Shown here: one piece after another, positions 39,273-49,253 of the stretch | Layout: each line of letters starts with the position of its first letter | How positions within the stretch are numbered: position 1 is the stretch's first letter | DNA from: a virus | Length of the DNA stretch: 64,000 nt | Direction: 5' to 3' (one strand) | Virus record (IMG/VR): IMGVR_UViG_3300020438_004435 | Notes under the pieces: model-generated | Seen by the model: only the letters and a program-made list of their open reading frames with translations | The model's database searches: none | Told to the model about the DNA's origin: nothing | Made by a program: the position numbers and the translations under genes

Positions 39273-40162
39273 GCTTCTTCTTTATAGTGTTGTTCATAAT
39301 TAAATTTAGTTATTTTAGAACATTGTCTATAATATTCCTTATCTTTTAAGTCATGTGCTATCTGTTTCGCGCGCTCTAAATCTCCTACATCAACTGTAGT
39401 TGAAGGATGGCATAACTCCTGAGTATCCAGCCCTTTATACCCTATACAAGGTATACCTAGATATGCACAATTAAGAGCAAATGTGCCTGCTGCATGAGTT
39501 CTCATTAAATGTACACCATACTTTCTTTTACTCAATTCTGCTATCCAATACATCCAATTCATGTAAGGTAAGTGATTAAGATTTTCCATTTGCTCTTCAC
39601 CATCTATCTTTCTACCCATACTTGGAACACAAATCTCCTCATCAAATTCCTGTGCTACAATATAAGAATCGAATCCACCATACCAATAACAAAAATTGCC
39701 TCCCATCATAACACCATTACCTGTATTAATAGGTAAATCTTTAACAGTATCTTCTATCATTAAGCTACGCATTACTTTACAATCCTTGCCAGTAAGTCCT
39801 CTAAAATATATTGCATCGAGTTCATTATGTACAAAGAGGAAATCCATTTCTTGTAATGTATTATAAAACCATATTTGTTGGTCTAAGGGATAATCCTGAA
39901 AATACCAGTGAGGTCCTTCCTGCATTGATGCAACCTGTTTACAGTGATTCCTAATTCTTTCTACATTAAATTGAGGATTCTTCTTAGGTATAATACAAAC
40001 TGCTAGATCATACTCACCATCAATTTTACCTCCATGTATATTATAATGATCAGCTTGTAGTGCACACATCCAAGCCATTTCCGTTCTCATGTTAGGGTTA
40101 TCTCTAGATACCTTTCCTGACCAATTTCCTTCTGTAAAAAATGCTATTTTCATAATCCCCAT
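39242..40162 (-). CDS. Putative GT-B glycosyltransferase
   Basis: HAAGTFALNCAYLGIPCIG; locus context. Confidence 0.55.
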   Translation of the reverse strand: MGIMKIAFFTEGNWSGKVSRDNPNMRTEMAWMCALQADHYNIHGGKIDGEYDLAVCIIPKKNPQFNVERIRNHCKQVASMQEGPHWYFQDYPLDQQIWFYNTLQEMDFLFVHNELDAIYFRGLTGKDCKVMRSLMIEDTVKDLPINTGNGVMMGGNFCYWYGGFDSYIVAQEFDEEICVPSMGRKIDGEEQMENLNHLPYMNWMYWIAELSKRKYGVHLMRTHAAGTFALNCAYLGIPCIGYKGLDTQELCHPSTTVDVGDLERAKQIAHDLKDKEYYRQCSKITKFNYEQHYKEEAWLQRFNSQI

Positions 40163-41787
40163 TGCTCCTTAGATAATTGATTCCATGGATAACCTAATTC
40201 ACTATTCATGTCCATAAATTCGGTAATTCCTTTCCAATCCTTCTTATCCGAATCTCTATCCTTTCTTTTTTTCCTAAAATAAAATCTAGGTTCCAAGAAA
40301 TTAATTCCATCTATATTAATTGAAAAATCATTTATTAATTCCTCTTCATTTGTTGCACCGAAATGCATAAATTTACCTTTACCTTTTTCAAAAATTTCTA
40401 TATTATTATCCAATCTCATAAATGATTCATTGCCATTAAATAATTCATTTCTAATCTTTGAACTTATAATAATATCAATATCATCATTTTTTCTAATGCC
40501 CATTAATGCTAATATACCACTTTGAGTGATAGTAAATTCTGAAGCTGGTATGCCAAGGTTTAATACCTCTCTAATACCATATACATTATGAGATAATGGT
40601 TTTATGCGATGCTTACCATCCTTAATTCGAGGCTTATCATATATTTTATCCTTTTCCATATAGAAAGGAATATATTTTTTACCTTGTATTAATCTACCAA
40701 TCATAGCATAAGCTCTATGCATACTATGTCTAATATAACCATTATCAAATTCAGATGGTGTGTTAATTAAAAATTCTTCTAATTCCTTATCGGTCATATC
40801 CGTTAAACCATTATAATAATCAGCTGTTAATTTATCCCATCCTAATTTATGATGATCTGCTACATCCTTCTTAAATCCAGCCATCATGCAATTAAAATAT
40901 TGCCAATTATTAGGATTCAATTTTGATTGAATATCTTCTACATTCTTATCATCCTTCCAATATTCTATAACATCCTTTGTTGTTTTTAGTTCACCATTTT
41001 TATGACAAATTTCTTTACCACCTCCACCTGGTTGAACCTCCATCTGTAAAAAATAATCCAAATTTATTGGCTCGTATATTTTTATATCCTTTTTCTTTTT
41101 ACCTGTATGAGCTCCCATATTAAGAAAATATTTATTATCTCTAGAATCTCCTGGTAGATAATTGTATTTGAATTCTTCCTTCCACATCGCATAATTAAAT
41201 CCTAATTGATCCCTCTTACTACCATATGATAATTCCTTCCACCATCTTTCCATTGCTGATATACAATCAGATTCATTATGTCTTCTTAATACTTGCATGC
41301 TTACCGCTAATCCTGTTGGTCCTTCAAAATCATCCTGAATATATCTATTCATTTGATCTATCATGGTTTGAGGATCATCCTTAAAATTACCATTCCTTTT
41401 ACCTAATTCTAGAATAACCTGGGCTTCCTTATAAACACAATCCCTAGGATCCAAAATGTTTTGTGCATGGTCTGGTATAGCTAAATTTGCATCATCGAGC
41501 CATTCGGCTATCAATTCATTGATATCATCTCTTACAGTAATATTGCCATCAATCCATATACTATATTCATAATCAGGAAACCATCTATGAGGTAATATTT
41601 TATACTTTCTCGCATTCCGCGTTGAATCTTCATATATTGCTGGAACCTTTTTTATATCCCATATATCGGATTTAATATCCGAATCGGTAAAGCATACAAA
41701 GTCTGCATTGTCAGGAACAAATGTAGGATCTGTTACACTATCATAGCCACCGAATATTGCAGTGTATATTATTACATTCTTTTTCAT
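40150..41787 (-). CDS. DUF616-type glycosyltransferase plus additional C-terminal domains (nucleotidyltransferase-like)
   Basis: IYTAIFGGYD..FVCFTD..KILPH..SIWIDGN..RDCVYKE..RDQLGFNY; later QSGILALMGIRKNDDIDIII. Confidence 0.65.
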   Translation of the reverse strand: MKKNVIIYTAIFGGYDSVTDPTFVPDNADFVCFTDSDIKSDIWDIKKVPAIYEDSTRNARKYKILPHRWFPDYEYSIWIDGNITVRDDINELIAEWLDDANLAIPDHAQNILDPRDCVYKEAQVILELGKRNGNFKDDPQTMIDQMNRYIQDDFEGPTGLAVSMQVLRRHNESDCISAMERWWKELSYGSKRDQLGFNYAMWKEEFKYNYLPGDSRDNKYFLNMGAHTGKKKKDIKIYEPINLDYFLQMEVQPGGGGKEICHKNGELKTTKDVIEYWKDDKNVEDIQSKLNPNNWQYFNCMMAGFKKDVADHHKLGWDKLTADYYNGLTDMTDKELEEFLINTPSEFDNGYIRHSMHRAYAMIGRLIQGKKYIPFYMEKDKIYDKPRIKDGKHRIKPLSHNVYGIREVLNLGIPASEFTITQSGILALMGIRKNDDIDIIISSKIRNELFNGNESFMRLDNNIEIFEKGKGKFMHFGATNEEELINDFSINIDGINFLEPRFYFRKKRKDRDSDKKDWKGITEFMDMNSELGYPWNQLSKEQWGL

Positions 41788-42653
41788 ATTAATTTCTCAC
41801 CCTTAATAAAATTATGTCCTATTGGAAATTGGCGCTGTATATCTATAACATCAGAATATCTAACAACCATATGATTTGTACCGCACTGATTACCTATATT
41901 AACCTTTGCCTTGGATTTAATATAAAGTTGTATACGAAAATTAATATGGCGTAAATTAAGAAGTTTTTGAATATTATCAAATGGAGAATTGTCTAGCGGT
42001 TTAATTGAATAATAAAAATAAGGTAAATTATATGATGCAATAGATTCCACCATTTTATCTGTATCATTTCTAAATGCTGCCTCATCATATTTACCATACT
42101 TTGTGCCAAATCTATCTGATATTAGTAATGTGGCAAAGGGTTTATTATGAGCATATTTTTTAATAATATAATCACCCATTTCCTTTTCCTCATCAGTCCA
42201 ATACATTTCAGGTTGGGAATCAATCATTTCAACATCATCGAATTGCCAGAATTTTAACATCTGTTCAACTAATGGTATATTAGGATTATCTATATCATAT
42301 ATCCTATATTGATCATGGAATATATCTCCATCCACTGAATGAATAAATTTATCTACATATGGATTATTTTTGAATATATGATATGGAGTTTTAATTTTCC
42401 TACCATAAATTATTTCCATCATATGTTCCGATGGAATATAAACCCTGCAATTTGGATATTTTTGTTTTAATAATCTTGGCATTGCGGAAAGAATCCCCCA
42501 ATCACCAAATCCATGTGCGGTTCTAAAAACAACAAATTCCTGATCGTGTAAATATTGATCAGGTATATATGCTGCATCATTGCTTGGAAATCCTAACTTA
42601 TCTGTTTCATTGACATCATATAATTTGTTGCCAACCAATCTTTGAAATATCAT
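41784..42653 (-). CDS. Putative GT9-like glycosyltransferase
   Basis: HGFGDWGILSAMPRLLK..NNPYVD..NIGNQCG..H. Confidence 0.55.
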   Translation of the reverse strand: MIFQRLVGNKLYDVNETDKLGFPSNDAAYIPDQYLHDQEFVVFRTAHGFGDWGILSAMPRLLKQKYPNCRVYIPSEHMMEIIYGRKIKTPYHIFKNNPYVDKFIHSVDGDIFHDQYRIYDIDNPNIPLVEQMLKFWQFDDVEMIDSQPEMYWTDEEKEMGDYIIKKYAHNKPFATLLISDRFGTKYGKYDEAAFRNDTDKMVESIASYNLPYFYYSIKPLDNSPFDNIQKLLNLRHINFRIQLYIKSKAKVNIGNQCGTNHMVVRYSDVIDIQRQFPIGHNFIKGEKLI

Positions 42654-42667
42654 AACCTTTGCCCGTT

Positions 42668-43297
42668 TTATATTGTTTCATAAAAGGCATTCTGCGCTTC
42701 TTGTCTTCCTATATCTTTTGGATGATACAAGCAGAATTTTTCTTCTGCAGGTAGATTTGCGAATTTAGTATAACCTTTTAATTGCTCATGTACTGGTTTA
42801 ATCCAATATATGTTTTCATTATTTCTATAGAGCCTCATTTGCCAATCAGGAAAATTAACCCATCCATCTTCATTTAATTTCCAACCCCATTTTTGAACAT
42901 GACCATCTGTCATTCCTGCTACCGTATTTACTCTTGGTAACCAATATGCTTCCACATCTGGATTTGATTCTAATATAAATGGTAATGCATTAATAAGATA
43001 TTCGTTAGGTATCTCATCTGCGTCGATTTGGAATATCCAATTTCCATCACAATTTTTATTCAAATTATTTTTATATTGTGCGAAGTTTTTATCCAACGAT
43101 GATTGAATAAGATTATATTCACTAGATGATTTTGATTCCCATCTCTCACATGCTTTAACCACCTCAGTGGTAGAATTATCAAAATCCATTTGAACTACAA
43201 CCTGATCTTCTTTTCTTTTATGTTCAAATAGAAATGTTAATAATTTCTCTATTTCCTTATGTTCATTACATACTGTAATTGCGTAACTAATTTTCAT
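42668..43297 (-). CDS. Glycosyltransferase family 2
   Basis: ISYAITVCNE..WIFQIDADE..FPDWQMRLY..VHE. Confidence 0.85.
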   Translation of the reverse strand: MKISYAITVCNEHKEIEKLLTFLFEHKRKEDQVVVQMDFDNSTTEVVKACERWESKSSSEYNLIQSSLDKNFAQYKNNLNKNCDGNWIFQIDADEIPNEYLINALPFILESNPDVEAYWLPRVNTVAGMTDGHVQKWGWKLNEDGWVNFPDWQMRLYRNNENIYWIKPVHEQLKGYTKFANLPAEEKFCLYHPKDIGRQEAQNAFYETI

Positions 43298-43298
43298 T

Positions 43299-43853
43299 TT
43301 ACTTATCTCCTAATTTAGGTATATCTGGTTCACTCTCTTGCTTAATTGCTGATGTATTACTATCCTCTAAGAGCATTTCTTTTGGCCATTTATATTCACA
43401 AATTTTAATAGCATTTAATCTATCTTCCCTAAAAGTTCTATAGGATCCTTTAAGCCCTCCTGTTAATTGTCCTTTAATAATAGAATTATAATATGCTCTT
43501 GGATCTGGTGTAATTACCTTTTCAACCTTTAACTTTCTAGCTTTCAATCTTGAATTGGCCCATTCTAATCCTGTCCTAGCAGCTAATTGTTCTATTGCAA
43601 TTTTTGCTACACCATCTAGACTAATTGCATGTAACATTTTAACCTCATCCTGAGCTCTTTTTATCGTAGGAGATAATGCTAATGCCATATAGCGTTTGGT
43701 AGTTTGCTTACCTTTCCTATCAATCTTTGTATATACAAATTCCAATACCATACCCGCATCTATAGTTCCTTTATTGATTGGATATGTTTTTTCTATTAAT
43801 GCCTGGTGTGTACTAAGATTTCCCATCCATATGCTCCTTAAAGCCTTTACCAT
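43299..43853 (-). CDS. Hypothetical protein, weakly reminiscent of T4 gp2 DNA end protector
   Basis: LHAISL..SYRTF pattern only. Confidence 0.3.
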   Translation of the reverse strand: MVKALRSIWMGNLSTHQALIEKTYPINKGTIDAGMVLEFVYTKIDRKGKQTTKRYMALALSPTIKRAQDEVKMLHAISLDGVAKIAIEQLAARTGLEWANSRLKARKLKVEKVITPDPRAYYNSIIKGQLTGGLKGSYRTFREDRLNAIKICEYKWPKEMLLEDSNTSAIKQESEPDIPKLGDK

Positions 43854-44319
43854 CTAAATCCACTACGCCACCTATAGATGCCAATGCTTCCATAAATCTA
43901 TCTTTTTGATATGTTGATTTTTGCTTGATATCCAAAATTGTTTTGAAAAATTTACCTTCCTGATCTGGAATTGGATATTCCTTTTGCTCTTCTTCTTCAA
44001 GATCCCTAACAGGAATACTTTCCCAAGTCCAATCATCTCTATTACCGATAGGGTATACCATACCTTTACCTGGAACATTTATTACTGAAGGATACCAATT
44101 GATTCCTCTTAATTCATCCTCTACCTTTAATTCCGTAATAATTTCAGGTTGTGTTTTTTCTATATCCGTAACATATTCTGAATCGGTTATTAATAATGAA
44201 TTTGATGTAAATCCTGTTTTATAATCCAAATAAGATGAAACTCCATTCTTTTCATTATCTTCCTGAAAACAATATTCTAAATTTCCATCTATTGGACTTA
44301 GTATTCTTTTTTCTGACAT
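43813..44319 (-). CDS. Hypothetical protein
   Basis: 168 aa, acidic. Confidence 0.6.
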   Translation of the reverse strand: MSEKRILSPIDGNLEYCFQEDNEKNGVSSYLDYKTGFTSNSLLITDSEYVTDIEKTQPEIITELKVEDELRGINWYPSVINVPGKGMVYPIGNRDDWTWESIPVRDLEEEEQKEYPIPDQEGKFFKTILDIKQKSTYQKDRFMEALASIGGVVDLDGKGFKEHMDGKS

Positions 44320-44321
44320 TC

Positions 44322-45692
44322 TTAAACCCTCTTTAATTGTGGCATAGTTACCTTTGCGCCGTTATTAATTTTTTCATTTTTCTTTGTTTTTAATTTAGGT
44401 AATTTAGGCATAGATTTTTCATCCGGTAATTGCAATCCTACCTGCTGCGGAACTTGCTTAACCACATCATCTATTATATTAACAAAAATTTCATTCATTT
44501 TATTAAGACTAAATTCCGTTTTAGATAAATGAGCTTGTTTACGAGCTCCTGGAATATATTCCTTATAACTTTTATATACATCCCTCATTATTCTTGATGC
44601 ATTATTATAATCCGCATAGAACCATTTCGATCCTTCATTAATTACACCTTTCCATCTTGCAGATTTATGAACCTCTTTTAATTCACCTGGTAATAAAATT
44701 GAATAATCTGGATGCAGGAAATCCTTTTGACCTGACCAATTAGATGCTATTACAGGTTTTGCTGATGTGCTAAATTCCAATAATGGTCTACCAAATCCTT
44801 CTCCTTTGGTAAAGGATACCATTGCTTTTACCTTATTATGATTATATAATCCATTTAATTCTCCTGGTTCAAGATCGCCGTGTAGGAAATAAACATTAGG
44901 TACTCTGCCGCCAATAGAATTACGTATACCCTCTACTCTTTGAATAAATTCATCCCTTTCACTTATACCAAATCCTGCTCCTGATGTTTTTAATATAAGA
45001 GCTGGTTGTTTATGCTTATGCTTGAAAGCATTGCAAAATGTTTGAATAAGCATTCCTGTATCCTTTCTATCATGACCCATCTTACCTTTAAGCCAATGTC
45101 CAACATATAGAAAACAAAATTCTTCTTCAATATTATCTAATTGTTCCTTTATTGTTTTAGGAACTTCAGCTTCCTTATTAAATACATCCGTATCAACTCC
45201 TTCAAATAATACTACAATTGATTTAGCTAATTTTAATTCACTAATTTTCTTTTTAGTCTTTTCATCTATCTTATCAAAAGTAGTATTATGGAATACCTGT
45301 GCAGAATGCTGAGAAGGAACTATAATAAGATCCATTCTATTGCAACCTTCAATCCATGATGCATCACAAATATCTGTTTCAATACCAGCTGTAATTCCTA
45401 TATTTGCTTTACCGATTGGTGAAAATTCATTTGGAACAGTAATTTGAATAAATACATCTGGTTGTTTAGGTAATTGAGGTGAATTCATAATACATCCTTT
45501 CATTGCCACTTCCGTTTCCGTAAGATTTTTATTATCAGATAATGCATCCATAGGACAATCACCCCATCTTGTAGATATAATATCTATATCATACTTATTG
45601 CTCTTAATTAGAGCTTTTATTAAGTCTCTTGCGTGGTCGCCGTATCCACTCCTATTTTCTATCGGCCCTTGAAATACTATATATGGTTTCAT
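44322..45692 (-). CDS. Glycosyltransferase family 4-like
   Basis: SGYGDHARD..DRKD..LYNHNKVKAMVSFTKGEGFGRPLLE. Confidence 0.85.
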   Translation of the reverse strand: MKPYIVFQGPIENRSGYGDHARDLIKALIKSNKYDIDIISTRWGDCPMDALSDNKNLTETEVAMKGCIMNSPQLPKQPDVFIQITVPNEFSPIGKANIGITAGIETDICDASWIEGCNRMDLIIVPSQHSAQVFHNTTFDKIDEKTKKKISELKLAKSIVVLFEGVDTDVFNKEAEVPKTIKEQLDNIEEEFCFLYVGHWLKGKMGHDRKDTGMLIQTFCNAFKHKHKQPALILKTSGAGFGISERDEFIQRVEGIRNSIGGRVPNVYFLHGDLEPGELNGLYNHNKVKAMVSFTKGEGFGRPLLEFSTSAKPVIASNWSGQKDFLHPDYSILLPGELKEVHKSARWKGVINEGSKWFYADYNNASRIMRDVYKSYKEYIPGARKQAHLSKTEFSLNKMNEIFVNIIDDVVKQVPQQVGLQLPDEKSMPKLPKLKTKKNEKINNGAKVTMPQLKRV

Positions 45693-45694
45693 AA

Positions 45695-47161
45695 CTAATC
45701 CTGTCTATTTTTTATTTTATATAAATTAAATCGCTTTCTTGGTGTCCAATTTTCTAAAGCTGATCCCATCTGTTCTATAAGACTTAATCCCATTTGTCTT
45801 GATGAAAATCCTGCTTCGGACATAGCCCATTCATGGCCGATCATACCTCTACGCTTTCTTTCGTCTCTACCCATATCATAATTTTCCTTAATTGCTTTTG
45901 CAATTTCTTTATAATCTGCTCTATCATCAAATATATAAGGAGTTTGAGGAGAACCTTGAAGACTTCTATTAGATGGCCATATAGGTAATGCCCATTCACC
46001 CCATGTTATTTCAGGATTATCTTTCCATAAATCACGATCATGCATACTCTGAATTTCTAAATAATCATCTGCTGATAAATATTTTCCATTGCGTTTGAAG
46101 CCTACCTGATCCTGAAGTCCACCTGTAATATTATTAATAATCATCGTTCCACACATAATAGATTCTGCAGATGATAATCCAAATCCTTCATTTGATGCGC
46201 AATTAATAGTAGCATCGGCTCTATTATACATAAATCCTAATTCCTCAGTAGATTTATTACCCTCATCAAACATGATTAAATGATCCGGGCACACTGCATC
46301 TTTAACAGCTTGTAAATTTGTACCATTAGGATCAACCCTCGGAGTATGCATCATCAACAAACATTTACTAGCTTGTTCTTTCGTAAGTGTATTACAAAAT
46401 TCATTCCATGCTAATATAATATCACTGGTTTGTTTCCTTCTGATATTTCTATTATTATAAAATAATACGTATTCATAATCTTCATCATGTTTTAATAATC
46501 TTGATAAGAATTTCTCATATCTATCATATGATTTAGAACCTGCTTTGATAGGCTTAAACCATTTTTCAGGTACTCCATGTGGTAGATATGTTACCTGCCA
46601 ATCTTTCGTTTTCTCAACCTCAGATGGCCTATTCCAGTCTCTTACTTTACTTACTATATTATAGGTTTGTTTTGATATACAACCTAGCCAATCACATGAT
46701 TCATAGAAAGGAGCATTCCAATGAGGAATAGGCAAATCATCCCAAATTGTATAATAAAAAATTGGCATATCTTGCCTAATTTCATGTTCCATATTATATA
46801 ACCAATCCCAAAATCTTGGATCAGTAAAGTGTAATATAGCATCAGGCTTATCCGATTTTATAATATGTCTAATTAGGTCTGGATTACCATATCCACTAAA
46901 AGGGTATATAACAACCGATGCATCCGATACACCTGTTTCTTTTACTACATCTTGGCTAATATTTATTTTTTGCCCATTATCTGGATGTTTAATTGCTCCG
47001 CCAACTTGGACCCAATCATACTCATGGACCGAATTGAGAACTAATTCCCTTGACATTGTTCCTACACCAGAGTGCATCCTCATGTCATCCGATAATAATA
47101 AAATCTTTTTCTTTTTTTTCTTGTTTACGTCAACCTTTTTTAGTGTTGGTAATTTTGCCAT
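45695..47161 (-). CDS. Glycosyltransferase family 4-like
   Basis: HSGVGT..NRNIRRK..ASNEGFGLSSAES..TGGLQDQ. Confidence 0.85.
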   Translation of the reverse strand: MAKLPTLKKVDVNKKKKKKILLLSDDMRMHSGVGTMSRELVLNSVHEYDWVQVGGAIKHPDNGQKINISQDVVKETGVSDASVVIYPFSGYGNPDLIRHIIKSDKPDAILHFTDPRFWDWLYNMEHEIRQDMPIFYYTIWDDLPIPHWNAPFYESCDWLGCISKQTYNIVSKVRDWNRPSEVEKTKDWQVTYLPHGVPEKWFKPIKAGSKSYDRYEKFLSRLLKHDEDYEYVLFYNNRNIRRKQTSDIILAWNEFCNTLTKEQASKCLLMMHTPRVDPNGTNLQAVKDAVCPDHLIMFDEGNKSTEELGFMYNRADATINCASNEGFGLSSAESIMCGTMIINNITGGLQDQVGFKRNGKYLSADDYLEIQSMHDRDLWKDNPEITWGEWALPIWPSNRSLQGSPQTPYIFDDRADYKEIAKAIKENYDMGRDERKRRGMIGHEWAMSEAGFSSRQMGLSLIEQMGSALENWTPRKRFNLYKIKNRQD

Positions 47162-47188
47162 AACTGTTTCTCCTTTATTGTAATATAA

Positions 47189-47196
47189 TATAAATA
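47189..47196 (-). promoter_or_regulatory. TATTTATA motif upstream of the GT4 gene pair
   Basis: In a 62-bp intergenic gap, preceded by GA on the minus strand as at 24196. Confidence 0.3.
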
Positions 47197-47223
47197 TCTA
47201 AAACTTTTGTTAAAACCTTGTTT

Positions 47224-47625
47224 TTACGCGATAATAATCGCTTTTTTATCTAATTTCTTCATAGCCGACAATAGATTTTCTATGCCTCTATCCTCACTTC
47301 TTGCATCTTGGAACACCACCAAATAGTCACAATATTTAGTATACATTTTTGTTTGAACAAAATAATTACTAATACTAAATGGCTTATTAAAATATGAATC
47401 AGGTAATTGAGTGTGTAATGTTCTTACACTATGAGCTGCTGGAAATTCGGTATAGGTGTATCCAAATTCTAATGCATATTTTTTAACATAAATATCTGCA
47501 CCATTCTTATTAGCTCTGGATACTATCTCAATACTATCCTTTATATTATTTTTAAGATTAAAAATAAAATCTTTGATCTTACGTTTGTTATGATATTCAG
47601 GATTACCCGTTATTCCTATTCTCAT
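47224..47625 (-). CDS. SLOG/DUF2493-like protein
   Basis: MRIGITG...IVSRANKNGAD..KKYALE..YCDYLVVF. Confidence 0.65.
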   Translation of the reverse strand: MRIGITGNPEYHNKRKIKDFIFNLKNNIKDSIEIVSRANKNGADIYVKKYALEFGYTYTEFPAAHSVRTLHTQLPDSYFNKPFSISNYFVQTKMYTKYCDYLVVFQDARSEDRGIENLLSAMKKLDKKAIIIA

Positions 47626-47628
47626 TTA

Positions 47629-47907
47629 TTAATTAAATGATATCTTTAATTGATCTGATGATAGTGCTTCTTCGGTTGAGGTTTGAACCCATCCTAGATA
47701 AGCAGCAACATCACCTTGAATAACCTCATTGTTATCCAATATTTTTCTATACTCGTCCATATTAATGGTAACCTGGATAAGATCCATTTTTTCCACAGGT
47801 TTATCATGAAAAAAGGTTATCATTTTAGTATGCTTATCCCAACTGGTTTTTAACCAGCTTCCTAATTCCCATACATCTTCTCGCTGTATCCATATATTAA
47901 TTTTCAT
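47629..47907 (-). CDS. Hypothetical protein
   Basis: 92 aa; AGGAG upstream. Confidence 0.6.
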   Translation of the reverse strand: MKINIWIQREDVWELGSWLKTSWDKHTKMITFFHDKPVEKMDLIQVTINMDEYRKILDNNEVIQGDVAAYLGWVQTSTEEALSSDQLKISFN

Positions 47908-47925
47908 AGCTATTCTCCTTTTAAT

Positions 47926-48285
47926 TTATTTCCATTCGGGTTGAACCCTTTCTATATTCGCAATACAATTAAACCTATTATAATCACAGGTAATTTCATC
48001 TTCCGTAGTTAAATCCTTCAATGCATAAAAACTAACCACCTTATTTTCAAATTTAGGTTCGGCTGTAGGTTCATATGAATGATTATGCATATTACCTAAT
48101 AGCGTTTCTTGGCCAATTATATATTCAGTATCTTCATTTAATTTACCTATCTCTCCAATGATTTGATATGCATATCCTATAAATTCATCCTTCTTTATAT
48201 TCTTTACAGGAAATATTCCCTGGCCCTGAATATTAGAATCATTTATTGTAAATTTTAATTTTTGATCCTCGTCTTCTTTGAACAT
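47926..48285 (-). CDS. SET-domain protein (putative lysine methyltransferase)
   Basis: SNIQGQGIFPVKNIKKDEFI; MHNHSYEP (NHS motif); ALKDLTTEDEITCDY (ELxxDY motif). Confidence 0.75.
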   Translation of the reverse strand: MFKEDEDQKLKFTINDSNIQGQGIFPVKNIKKDEFIGYAYQIIGEIGKLNEDTEYIIGQETLLGNMHNHSYEPTAEPKFENKVVSFYALKDLTTEDEITCDYNRFNCIANIERVQPEWK

Positions 48286-49214
48286 AAATCTTCCTGTGTC
48301 TTAAATTCGCAATATTTACAATGCTTATTATTTTTACCTGCGATAGCTAGATGTTTGGCCATGGTATTATAATTACCATCTACCGTAAATGCATTATTTA
48401 TAAATTCATTAACTGATCTATCTATCTTATTTCTTGTTGGTGTTCCAGATGCTGGCACAAATGTTTGAATACGTTTTATAGGCCATTGTGAATTTTCATC
48501 AATCTTTCTACGAACTATAAAATATTCTATATCTATCATTTCAGGATCTATATTAAATTGTTCCGCAAAGTATGTTTTATATAAAACCATTTGAGATGTT
48601 TTTATCTTATCAGCTTTTTGATATTTATTCCATCCTCTTGTGCTTGTTTTAATATCAAAGATTTTATATCTTCCTGTAACAGTATCTTGCATTACTATAT
48701 CGATAAACCCTGTAAACAATATATTTGTATTAACCTTTAATGGTATACTTAAATGTGTTTCTACGCCTACTAATTTAGTATTCTTTTTACTAAAATATCC
48801 ACCTCTTTTTTTAATAAAATATTCTAATATCTCTACGCCATCATAGAAAAATTCTCTCATCTCAGTCTTATTAGTAAATCCTGGCTCCTGTCCCATTGCC
48901 ATAGCTTTTCTATATTCTTTAGCCATAGCACCCCTTAATATATCTCCTAAAGGTAGTTCATCAGCTTCCTTAATAGAACCTTCATACATTATTGTTAAAT
49001 AACCCTGTAATGTTTCATGAAATGCCGAACCAAAAAGAGTATGTATTGATTGAGTAAATGTTCTTAAATTATCAACATAATTTAATTTCCATCTATGTGG
49101 ACATTGAGCATACATAGAGTATTGAGAATAAGAAATGGACTTTTGTCCTTTCTTCTTTTTTGTAACCGCAAGATCTAATATTGAATTTAGACCCTCTTTT
49201 TTATTATCTTTCAT
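48255..49214 (-). CDS. PD-(D/E)XK RecB/Cas4-like exonuclease
   Basis: ISYSQY..CPHRW..FGSAFH..GFIDIV..IFDIKTS..QMVLY..CKYCEF; start 49214 preferred to 49244. Confidence 0.85.
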   Translation of the reverse strand: MKDNKKEGLNSILDLAVTKKKKGQKSISYSQYSMYAQCPHRWKLNYVDNLRTFTQSIHTLFGSAFHETLQGYLTIMYEGSIKEADELPLGDILRGAMAKEYRKAMAMGQEPGFTNKTEMREFFYDGVEILEYFIKKRGGYFSKKNTKLVGVETHLSIPLKVNTNILFTGFIDIVMQDTVTGRYKIFDIKTSTRGWNKYQKADKIKTSQMVLYKTYFAEQFNIDPEMIDIEYFIVRRKIDENSQWPIKRIQTFVPASGTPTRNKIDRSVNEFINNAFTVDGNYNTMAKHLAIAGKNNKHCKYCEFKTQEDLCSKKTRIKN

Positions 49215-49223
49215 ATTATTATT

Positions 49224-49234
49224 AATATACGAAA
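49224..49234 (-). promoter_or_regulatory. TTTCGTATATT motif
   Basis: 10 nt upstream of the exonuclease ATG. Confidence 0.5.
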
Positions 49235-49253
49235 ATAATTGCAAATAACCAAA

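Noticed and set aside
48255-49214. Cas4 as evidence of a CRISPR-Cas system
   Set aside because: A stand-alone RecB/Cas4-like exonuclease is usual in phage replication modules; no array or other cas genes seen
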